Below are positions 17,477 through 27,246 of a stretch of 36,826 bases of DNA, piece after piece (position 1 is the stretch's first letter; every line of letters starts with the position of its first letter). Both the position numbers and the translations under genes were made by a program. Origin of the DNA: an uncultured Muribaculaceae bacterium (GTDB lineage: Bacteria; Bacillota_I; Bacilli_A; RF39; UBA660); NCBI GenBank assembly GCA_964626795.1, contig CAZVIQ010000004.1, positions 1-36,826 of the forward strand. The letters are read 5' to 3'. Below the pieces are notes generated by a model. The model searched no databases and was not told where the DNA came from. It saw only the letters and a program-made list of their open reading frames with translations.

Positions 17477-19300
17477 TTACTCTACAGTAACGCTTTTAGC
17501 AAGATTTCTAGGCTGATCTATACTTTCTCCTCTAAGTTTAGCTACTTCATAAGCTATTAATTGTAAAGGAATAATAGAAAGAATAGATCTTTTATATAAA
17601 TTCACATTTGGAAGTATTATTACATCTTCATAAAACTTTTCGTCTTTAATCTTTTTATAGATTTCCTCGGTTGTAAGTAATATTACTAAAGATCCTCTTG
17701 CTTTAGTCTCTTTTATGTTGCTTATTGTTTTTTCATCGATTGATTTATCGGTAACAATACTTATCACCGGTGTTCCGTTTGTTATTAAAGAAATAGTACC
17801 ATGTTTAAGTTCACCTGCAGCATAAGCTTCAGAATGTATATATGAAATTTCTTTTAATTTTAAAGAACCTTCCATACACAAAGCATAATCAATTTTTCTT
17901 CCTAGAAAGAAAATATTATCTGCTTTATATATTCTTTTTGCAATATTTAAATATTCTTTTCTTCTTAGAAGTATATCTTTAATTTCATCAGGGAATTTTT
18001 TAAATTCTTTTAATAATTTACTTGCCTTTTCTTCAGTGATGTTTCCTTTTTGGTAAGACATTAATATACTTAATAAATTTAATATCATTATTTGAGCTAC
18101 ATAAGCTTTAGTAGTCGCAACAGCAATCTCAGAACCTGCTTTTATGTAAACCACTTTATTTGCTTCTCTTGCTATAGAAGAACCAACGACATTTATAACT
18201 CCAAGAGTATCTGATCCGCTTTCTTTAGCTTTTCTTAAAGCTGCCAAGGTATCTGCCGTTTCACCAGACTGACTTATAAGTATTGTAAGTGTTTTTTTAT
18301 CATTAAATACTTTATTATATCTGTATTCACTTGCAAGAAAAACTTCTACGGGAATATCACATTCATTTTCTATAACAGCTTTTCCAATTAAACCTGCATA
18401 CGCTGCACTTCCACAAGCTATAATATGTATCTTATTATATTTTGAATACTCTCCAAATTTAGATTCCAAAGTTTTTATTTTATAATCATAAAAATAACTT
18501 TGAATTATATTTTCTATTACCTGAGGTTCATCATATATTTCTTTTAACATAAAATGTTCAAATCCGTTTTTCATTACAGATTCTTTTGTTCCTTCATATA
18601 TTAAAGCTTCTTTTTTTATTTCTTCAAGCTTCTTATTATAAAATTTTACACTATTTTTTTCCACTTTCGCTATCTCGTCTTTCTCAAGCAGTATAAATTT
18701 GTTTGTAAAAGAAAGTATAGCAGGTACGTCACTAGCAATAAAGTTTTCATCTTCACCTATAGCAACTATAAGAGGACTATCTTTTCTTATAGCGTATATT
18801 GTTTCAGGTTCATCTTCAAAAATAATACCAAATGCATATGATCCTCTTATTTCTTTACTCGCTTCAGATAAAGTTTTTAATTTATCTTTATTTTTAGAAT
18901 AAATATCAGAGATAAGTGCCACAGCCACCTCAGTATCGGTCTCACTTTTAAACTTATATCCCTTTAACATAAGTCTTTCTTTTATTTCATGATAGTTTTC
19001 TATTATTCCATTATGAACTAAAGTTACACCTTTCTGATAATGAGGATGTGCATTAGTCTCATTAGGTTCACCATGAGTTGCCCACCTTGTATGACCTATA
19101 CCAACATCTCCCTTGTATTTATCAACTTTTTCTTTTAAATTGTTAATTTTACCTTGTACTTTTATAATTTTAATTTTGCCTTTTTCATTAAAAGCAATTC
19201 CAGCAGAGTCATAGCCTCTATATTCTAAAGTCTTAAGACCCTCAATTAAAACATGTACGGCATTTTGTTTGTTTCCAACATACCCTACAATTCCACACAT
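17477..19300 (-). CDS. glmS: Glutamine--fructose-6-phosphate aminotransferase
   Basis: MCGIVGY catalytic N-terminus, two SIS domains, C-terminal DQPRNLAKSVTVE. AAGGAG RBS. Preceded by a glmS ribozyme. Confidence 0.95.
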   Translation of the reverse strand: MCGIVGYVGNKQNAVHVLIEGLKTLEYRGYDSAGIAFNEKGKIKIIKVQGKINNLKEKVDKYKGDVGIGHTRWATHGEPNETNAHPHYQKGVTLVHNGIIENYHEIKERLMLKGYKFKSETDTEVAVALISDIYSKNKDKLKTLSEASKEIRGSYAFGIIFEDEPETIYAIRKDSPLIVAIGEDENFIASDVPAILSFTNKFILLEKDEIAKVEKNSVKFYNKKLEEIKKEALIYEGTKESVMKNGFEHFMLKEIYDEPQVIENIIQSYFYDYKIKTLESKFGEYSKYNKIHIIACGSAAYAGLIGKAVIENECDIPVEVFLASEYRYNKVFNDKKTLTILISQSGETADTLAALRKAKESGSDTLGVINVVGSSIAREANKVVYIKAGSEIAVATTKAYVAQIMILNLLSILMSYQKGNITEEKASKLLKEFKKFPDEIKDILLRRKEYLNIAKRIYKADNIFFLGRKIDYALCMEGSLKLKEISYIHSEAYAAGELKHGTISLITNGTPVISIVTDKSIDEKTISNIKETKARGSLVILLTTEEIYKKIKDEKFYEDVIILPNVNLYKRSILSIIPLQLIAYEVAKLRGESIDQPRNLAKSVTVE

Positions 19301-19324
19301 ATCAAAAACTCCTTCTTAAGAATT

Positions 19325-19460
19325 TAATATATATCTTTGTCACAATGTTTGATTTTGCTTTTAAATATATATTTTACGAGATTCTTATTTTCCCGCAGTA
19401 GAACCCGCCGAATTACCCGATAACTACTGACCTCGTTAGCATTTCTGCAATAGCGCTCAT
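19325..19460 (-). ncRNA. glmS ribozyme (GlcN6P-dependent self-cleaving riboswitch) in the glmS 5' UTR
   Basis: The minus strand reads A|GCGCUAUUGCAGAAAUGCUAACGAGGUCAGUAGUUAUCGGGUAAUUCGGCGGGUUCUACUGCGGGAAAAUAAGAAUCUCGUAA..., which contains the conserved AGCGC cleavage region, ACGAGG and GUUAUCG...UUCGGCGG core blocks. The 3' boundary is approximate. Confidence 0.85.
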
Positions 19461-19508
19461 TATATAATTTATTTTTCTATCCTCCTCATAAATCATCTAA
19501 CTACTAAT

Positions 19509-19537
19509 ATTATATAAAAATACTTCACTTTTAGCAA
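19509..19537 (-). promoter_or_regulatory. Candidate sigma-A promoter of the glmS ribozyme-glmS transcript
   Basis: Minus strand TTGCTA, 17-nt spacer, TATAAT. This leaves a leader of about 45 nt before the ribozyme cleavage site. Confidence 0.5.
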
Positions 19538-19619
19538 CAATTCCTTTACATATTTTACATTTATCATTTGATTTTTTTTGATTTTTTTGCTATTCTTTAT
19601 TTAGAAAAAAGGTGATTTT

Positions 19620-20090
19620 ATGGATGCTTTAAATCAGATTAAAAGTTCTAATATAAATGGAACTGCAAAAAGAAGTAATAAGACTTATACAATTAATAAA
19701 AAGAAAATGATAAGAGCTGCTGCTATTTTAGCTTTGGCCTTAGTTTTAATTTCAAAAGGATTAAAGCCTATTGGTGAAATTAAAGAAAGGTATGATTTAA
19801 AGCAAGTTATAACTCAAATAATCAAAAATGATGAAGAACTTGATAAATTAATGACAACTGGTTATAAATTTTGTCCTAATCTCTTAACAGATGATGTCGG
19901 ACGTTTAAAAAGTGACTTGTCTCCCGTTACATGTGATGATCCTGATTGTTACCCTTGTAATCATAACATAGATAATTATAAAAGAATAATGGAAGCTGTT
20001 AAATCTACTCCTGAATATATTGAAGCAACAAAGGATTTTCAGTATTTAGATGATGAGGAAATAAAAGAAACAGGTAGTCATTTAGGTTAA
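19620..20090 (+). CDS. Hypothetical single-pass membrane protein with a Cys-containing extracytoplasmic domain
   Basis: GGTGA RBS, TM segment AAAILALALVLIS, then TCDDPDCYPCNHN. No family recognised. Confidence 0.55.
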   Translation: MDALNQIKSSNINGTAKRSNKTYTINKKKMIRAAAILALALVLISKGLKPIGEIKERYDLKQVITQIIKNDEELDKLMTTGYKFCPNLLTDDVGRLKSDLSPVTCDDPDCYPCNHNIDNYKRIMEAVKSTPEYIEATKDFQYLDDEEIKETGSHLG

Positions 20091-20108
20091 ATAGAAAGGG
20101 AAAATTAA

Positions 20109-20324
20109 ATGTTTAAAGAAGAAGATATAATTGAGGTCAATAATAAAGATTTTCTTATTACTCATAAAATTGAATATGATAGCAATACTTACTACTTTAT
20201 GACAAATATTGAAACAAAGGAAGTAACTTTAGTTAAAGAAGATATAGTTGATAACGAATCAATTCTAAAAAATTTAACTGACGATAATTTAATTAAAAAT
20301 GTATTGTCTCAAATAATTGAATAA
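20109..20324 (+). CDS. Small acidic hypothetical protein (possibly DUF1292-like)
   Basis: AAGGGA RBS, 71 aa. The pattern resembles DUF1292 only loosely. Confidence 0.5.
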   Translation: MFKEEDIIEVNNKDFLITHKIEYDSNTYYFMTNIETKEVTLVKEDIVDNESILKNLTDDNLIKNVLSQIIE

Positions 20325-20379
20325 GATCTATCATTAACTGATAGTTTTTATTTTGATTAAAACATAGTATAATTTATAT

Positions 20380-20643
20380 ATGAAATTAGAAGATATAGAT
20401 ATTGAAAACTTATTACCATCTGAAAATAAATTTTTAAAAAAGCGTAAAAACGGGTTAGTACTTACAGATTATCAGGTAGAAACTATGGAAAGATATAATA
20501 TAGATTATTTAAGATTTAGTAATTATAAAGATTTACTCTTTGAAATAGAGGAAATAATTAATGGAGGTTACTCTGATGAAAACTTAGAAAGATTATCAGA
20601 AGAAATAAATGAATTAATCTATTATAACTACACTAATAAATAA
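20380..20643 (+). CDS. Small hypothetical protein, leaderless-looking
   Basis: 87 aa. TATAAT (20368-20373) lies 6 nt before the ATG and there is no SD sequence. Confidence 0.5.
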   Translation: MKLEDIDIENLLPSENKFLKKRKNGLVLTDYQVETMERYNIDYLRFSNYKDLLFEIEEIINGGYSDENLERLSEEINELIYYNYTNK

Positions 20644-20997
20644 TTAAGCTGCGACTTCTTCATCTAGTACTGATTGAGTTTGTAAATAAAGAACTAAAAT
20701 TCCAGCAATTAAAATAAGAATTGCACTTATAAGCCTTATTAAATTATTTTTACTTTGTTCTTCAGCATATTTTTTATAAGCATAAACTAAAAAGTATATA
20801 TAAATTATTACTAAAACAGAAAATATCACTATTCTAATATTCTGTGATATTTCAGGATTTCTTTTTCCTTCTTCTTGAATATATTCCTCTTCTATTTTAT
20901 TAGCATAAAGTCCACCAATGAAAAGAATGATATATATATAAAATATAAAATCACGTATTTTCAAATCCTCATATTCCATTTGACCTTTACCAATCAT
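20644..20997 (-). CDS. Hypothetical 3-TM membrane protein
   Basis: Three hydrophobic helices. The start could instead be the internal Met 7 (MEYEDL...). Its stop abuts the stop of the convergent 20380-20643 gene. Confidence 0.55.
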   Translation of the reverse strand: MIGKGQMEYEDLKIRDFIFYIYIILFIGGLYANKIEEEYIQEEGKRNPEISQNIRIVIFSVLVIIYIYFLVYAYKKYAEEQSKNNLIRLISAILILIAGILVLYLQTQSVLDEEVAA

Positions 20998-21050
20998 ATT
21001 AAATTATATGACATCTTTTAAGATTATAAATAATATGTTATTATAGTTAT

Positions 21051-21689
21051 ATGAATGAAGGTAAAAATAAAAAATTTGTTTATATTATTTTGTCTAGAAC
21101 TAATACAAAAATGGGTAAATTTATTAGATTTATGACTCATTATGAATATAATCATGTTTCTATTTCACTAAATAAAAATTTAAAAGAAATTTATTCATTT
21201 GCAAGGTACTATGAAAACACTCCTTTTGTAGGAGGTTTTGTTGTTGAATCAATTTTAAGATATAAGAAAAATAATGCACAAATTAAAATATTTAAAATCC
21301 CAGTAAATAGAAAAACATATAATGATTTAAAGAACTATATTGAATTTATTAAAATATATAAAAAGAAATATATATATAATACTTTTTCAGCAATATTTTC
21401 TGTTTTTAAAATTGGTCTTGATATAAAAAATTCTTATACATGTATTGAATTTATTAAACATTTATTTACTAAGTTTAATATAATAAATGTAACTAAAAAA
21501 GATTTTGTTTCTATCAAAAATTTTGACAGTAGATTAATGGAATACAAATATTTTGAAGGTTCCTACGATGAACTACATTTAGAAAACGACTGGGGACTTG
21601 ATTTATATATTTATAGAAAAAATATTATAGCAGTATATGCCGCGACAGTTATACATTTTACAAGATTAATATTTAGAACTATTATTTAA
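21051..21689 (+). CDS. Hypothetical protein, possibly a permuted papain-like (NlpC/P60 superfamily, YiiX/YaeF-like) enzyme
   Basis: His block YEYNHVSISL lies N-terminal to Cys block SYTCIEFIKHLF, the His-then-Cys order typical of permuted papain-like amidases. TGtTATTAT lies 6 nt before the ATG and there is no SD sequence. Confidence 0.45.
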   Translation: MNEGKNKKFVYIILSRTNTKMGKFIRFMTHYEYNHVSISLNKNLKEIYSFARYYENTPFVGGFVVESILRYKKNNAQIKIFKIPVNRKTYNDLKNYIEFIKIYKKKYIYNTFSAIFSVFKIGLDIKNSYTCIEFIKHLFTKFNIINVTKKDFVSIKNFDSRLMEYKYFEGSYDELHLENDWGLDLYIYRKNIIAVYAATVIHFTRLIFRTII

Positions 21690-21695
21690 TAAATA

Positions 21696-24006
<2,311 letters not shown>

Positions 24007-24010
<4 letters not shown>

Positions 24011-25230
24011 ATTCCCTCCTTAAATAATTCTAACTGTTCTATATGATTTGGGTATAATAAAGCTCTTTGGATTGTATTTCTTTCAAATGCTCTAGCACTT
24101 TCGTAATATTTACCATTACAAGTAATAAAATATTTAGCTCTTTTAAGTACTACTCCTATTTTCTTTAAAAGATTAAAATCCAGCTTCCCATATTTTCTTG
24201 TTGAAATAATCCTTTTGGCAGAATTAACACCTATTCCCGGTATTCGCAGAAGTGTAAGGTAATCCGCTTTATTAATTTCTATAGGATAGTTTTCCAAGTT
24301 TCTTAAAGCATAATCAAGTTTGGGATCTAAAAGTGAATTAAAATTCTGATTATTTTCATCTAAAAGTTCTTCGGATTTAAAACCATAGAATCTTAATAGC
24401 CAATCCGCTTGATATAATCGATTCTCTCTAAGTAATGGAGGCTTTTCTAGCATCGGTAAATTCTTATCTATATTCACCGGTACATAAGCTGAATAATAAA
24501 CTCTTTTTAGATTAAATTTATTATATAAACCTTCTGTTAGAGTTAATATTTTGTAATCAGTATCATTGGTTGCTCCGACGATAAGCTGTGTTGACTGTCC
24601 AGCAGGCACAAATAATGATTTCTTTTTTTCTGCTGTATTCATTTTTTTAGTATCATTTATCTGTTTCATTGAAGAAAAGATATTATCAGATTTTTTATCT
24701 GGTGCCAAAAGTTTAAGACTGTCATTTGAAGGAAGTTCTATATTTATGCTCATCCTGTCAGATAATAAACCAAGTTTATGAATCAGTTCTTTTGAAGCTC
24801 CAGGAATAGTTTTACAGTGTATATAACCATGAAAATGATATTTATTTCTTAAAAGCGTTATTGTTTCGATTAATTTCTCCATTGTGTAATCCGGATTTTT
24901 TATAACTCCAGAACTGAGAAACAAACCTTCTATATAGTTTCTTTTATAAAAATTTATTGTTAAATTTGCAATTTCTTCAGGAAGAAAAATTGCTCTATCT
25001 CTATTATTGCTTCTTCTATTAGTGCAGTACTTGCAATCATAAATACAATAATTAGTCATTAATATTTTCAATAGAGCTACACATCTTCCATCTTCAGTAA
25101 AGCTGTGACAGATTCCACTGTTGGTTGCAATTCCAAGACCATTTCCCCTTCTTTTGCTTCCGCTTGAACTGCAGGATGCATCGTATTTGGCTGCGTCTGA
25201 TAGTATTCTTAATTTTTCCATTAGTTCCAT
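24007..25230 (-). CDS. Putative DNA modification/repair radical SAM protein (TIGR03916-like)
   Basis: N-terminal AAKYDASCSSSGSKR, radical SAM motif CIYDCKYC, C-terminal helix-hairpin-helix LLRIPGIGVNSAKRII. GGTGA RBS. Confidence 0.85.
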
Positions 25231-25247
25231 TTAATATCACCAATATT

Positions 25248-25276
25248 AATATAACACGTTTAAAATTAAATAGCAA
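25248..25276 (-). promoter_or_regulatory. Candidate promoter of the radical SAM / DUF4130 / GroEL-like operon
   Basis: Minus strand TTGCTA, 17-nt spacer, TATATT. The spacer contains the short palindrome AAC-AC-GTT. Confidence 0.4.
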
Positions 25277-25359
25277 ACATTTTTTCGTATAATAATTGTT
25301 AAAATTTTACATATTTTAAAATGTATTCATGATATAATATAATATATTTGGTGGTAGAT

Positions 25360-26055
25360 ATGAATCAAGAAAAAATAGGAAAATTAATTAAAGATTTAAG
25401 AGTTAAAAATAATTTAACACAAACTGAGTTTGCCCAAAAATATAATGTAACCTATCAAGCTGTATCAAAATGGGAAAACGGGAAAAATATACCTGATATA
25501 TCACTATTAAAGCAAATATGTAAAGATTTCAATATAAGTATAGAGGATATATTGGAAGGCAAAATAAAATCAAAAAAAATAACAAATAAATATATTTATT
25601 TATCTTTGACAGGTTTATTATTATTTTTTATAATTATATATTTATTTATATTAAGTTTTAGTAAAAATGAATTTGAATTTAAAACTATATCATCAAACTG
25701 CAGTTTTTTTAATATAACAGGAAGTATAGCATTTAATAAAGCTAAATCTTCAATATATATTTCAAATATTAAATACTGCGGTGGCGATGACAACACAATA
25801 TATAAGGAAATTAACTGCACATTATACGAAAGTCATAATAATATAAAAGCAACGATTGATAAATATAATAAAAAAGAAGAAACTACTCTTGAAAAGTTTT
25901 TGCAGGATGTAAAATTCAATGTTGATAATTATGAGAATAACTGTAAAAATTTAACAGAAGAAAACTTATATATAGAAATCGAAGCAACTGACAAAGATGA
26001 TAAAGTAACGTTTTATAAAATACCTTTATCTTTAGAAAAGAATTGTCCAAAATAA
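25360..26055 (+). CDS. Membrane-anchored XRE-family helix-turn-helix transcriptional regulator
   Basis: HTH_3 segment LRVKNNLTQTEFAQKYNVTYQAVSKWENGKNIPD, one TM (YIYLSLTGLLLFFIIIYLFILSF), then a Cys-containing extracytoplasmic domain. The ATG at 25360 follows GGTGG. The track start at 25348 is TTG. Confidence 0.8.
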   Translation: MNQEKIGKLIKDLRVKNNLTQTEFAQKYNVTYQAVSKWENGKNIPDISLLKQICKDFNISIEDILEGKIKSKKITNKYIYLSLTGLLLFFIIIYLFILSFSKNEFEFKTISSNCSFFNITGSIAFNKAKSSIYISNIKYCGGDDNTIYKEINCTLYESHNNIKATIDKYNKKEETTLEKFLQDVKFNVDNYENNCKNLTEENLYIEIEATDKDDKVTFYKIPLSLEKNCPK

Positions 26056-26077
26056 AACTTCATAAAAAGAAGTTTTA
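26055..26077. terminator. Bidirectional terminator between convergent genes
   Basis: Stem aaaacttc/gaagtttt with loop ataaaaa, and A/T runs on both sides. Confidence 0.65.
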
Positions 26078-26323
26078 TTTATTTAAATCACTAATAGCTT
26101 TTGATAAAATATCTCTTTTATCTTTAAATAAAAACGGAATAAATGCAGATATTACAGCATCTTTATCAACTTTATCTCTAGTAAGAAATCCATTTGATAA
26201 AAACCCTGTTATTCCTTGTTCAATCTTATTATTATTTTCTCCTGTTATTTTTTCAATAAGATTATTAAGGGAACCTCCACTTTTTATATAATCAAACATA
26301 TCTTTTCTTAGTCTAACACCCAA
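26075..26323 (-). CDS. Hypothetical small protein or out-of-frame continuation of the truncated copA locus
   Basis: The 82-aa frame needs a TTG start (or the ATG at 26299), has no convincing RBS, and overlaps the copA fragment by 16 nt. The composition is protein-like (GGSLNNLIEKITG...GITGFLSNGF). No family recognised. Confidence 0.35.
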   Translation of the reverse strand: MGVRLRKDMFDYIKSGGSLNNLIEKITGENNNKIEQGITGFLSNGFLTRDKVDKDAVISAFIPFLFKDKRDILSKAISDLNK

Positions 26324-26742
26324 AGATTTACCAGTAGATTTTCATGTTCTCTTGGATAATTCATATGATCTAAAATTAATGGTACAGTTAAATTAAAAAT
26401 TGGTAATATCATTGAAGTCATAGCAAGTAAAAAAAGAGGAAGTGAAAATATCAAAGACAAAATAAATCTTTTATATAAGCTTTCTATCTCATTTTTATTA
26501 TCAAAATTTTCATAACTAATCGTATCTGAATCTAATACTTCTGCTTTAAATCCAATTTTTTCAATACTTCTTATGATTTCTTCAGTAATATCTTTTCCCT
26601 CAAATTTAACATCAAGTGTCTTAGCAAGTAAATTAACTGAAGCTTTATTCACACCTTTTATTTTACTTACGATATTTTCAACAGATGCTTGACAAGAAGC
26701 ACAGGACATTCCCTCTACTTTAAAAGTTTTTGATTTCATCAT
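26308..26742 (-). pseudogene. copA: 5' fragment of a copper/heavy-metal P-type ATPase (CopA-like): HMA domain plus the first TM pair only
   Basis: The HMA domain FKVEGMSCASCQASVENIV...GFKAEV is followed by two hydrophobic helices, then a stop after 144 aa. Intact CopA proteins are several-fold longer, and the actuator, phosphorylation (DKTGT) and nucleotide domains are absent. ACGGAGA RBS. Confidence 0.65.
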
Positions 26743-26789
26743 AATTCTCCGTTTGTTTAATTTTTACACCTTAATATAAAAATTTGTGT

Positions 26790-26990
26790 TTATTTTTCCC
26801 ACTTTTTTATATCTACAATTGCAAACCCTCTTTGTTCGTTTTTTTCTGTGTCAAGTGCATTTAAAATCCATTGTTTTTCTTTATGCCATTCAGTAGATTT
26901 ATATTCTATACTGATTGGTATGATTGATCTTTCTCTAGTTTCACCTTTCCAGTTGGTATATAATATTTTTACAGTTTTATTTTCTTTCAT
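26790..26990 (-). CDS. Small stand-alone WYL-like domain protein (66 aa)
   Basis: AGGAG sits 7 nt before the ATG at 26990 (MKENKTVKILY...). ILYTNWKGETRERSIIP...EWHKEKQWILNALD...QRGFAIVDI resembles the WYL-domain pattern (W-Y/I-L ... RxFxxxxI). Confidence 0.5.
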   Translation of the reverse strand: MKENKTVKILYTNWKGETRERSIIPISIEYKSTEWHKEKQWILNALDTEKNEQRGFAIVDIKKWEK

Positions 26991-27078
26991 TTTTAATCTC
27001 CTATAAATTAAATTTATTATATCAAAACGAAAATTAAAAGTCACTTTTAAAAATTTTAAAGTAATTTTTAAAAAGTGC

Positions 27079-27107
27079 TTGACAATAAAAATATACTATG
27101 TGATAAT
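27079..27107 (+). promoter_or_regulatory. Sigma-A promoter with extended -10 for the nucleobase permease
   Basis: TTGACA (27079-27084), 17-nt spacer including TGt, GATAAT (27102-27107). Confidence 0.65.
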
Positions 27108-27150
27108 TTATGACGAGGATATCCCGAACTGATCTTAATGTGATAATTAA

Positions 27151-27225
27151 ACTAGTAAGGATTGTTGTATTTGTTATTATTATCTGGATTTAATTTCAAT
27201 CTTACTGGTGACAGTATTTTTTTTT
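27151..27225 (+). promoter_or_regulatory. Attenuator-like leader: a long hairpin competing with a short terminator hairpin plus T9
   Basis: Long stem 27151-27164 / 27197-27209 (13 bp with one bulge). Short stem tactg-gtga-cagta (27203-27216) is followed by T9 (27217-27225). The two stems share 27203-27207. Confidence 0.45.
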
Positions 27226-27246
27226 AAAATTTTTTAGGAGGATTTA

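Noticed and set aside
19459-19470. TATAAT immediately upstream of the glmS ribozyme AGCGC, considered as the glmS promoter -10.
   Set aside because: A start site 6-8 nt downstream of it would fall 3' of the cleavage site and truncate the ribozyme P1 region. The TTGCTA-17-TATAAT promoter further upstream fits better.
25231-25347. Search for a LexA (Cheo, GAAC-N4-GTTC) box in front of the DNA-repair-like radical SAM operon. Candidates were the sequences TAACACGTTTAA and the near-palindrome TACATATTTTAAAATGTA.
   Set aside because: Neither matches GAAC-N4-GTTC. The first has only AAC/GTT arms with a 2-nt spacer. The second is an off-register AT palindrome that could arise by chance.
26043-26291. 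An 82-aa plus-strand ORF overlapping the end of the XRE regulator gene and the whole 26075-26323 minus ORF.
   Set aside because: It contains the bidirectional terminator hairpin (26055-26077) near its 5' end, has no RBS and has shadow-frame composition. The minus-strand frame is more protein-like, though itself uncertain.
27108-27150. Purine/guanine riboswitch or PyrR binding loop in the NCS2 permease leader.
   Set aside because: The conserved purine-riboswitch junction and loop sequences are absent, and so is the PyrR ARUCCAGAGAGG motif. Only a generic attenuator-like architecture can be supported.
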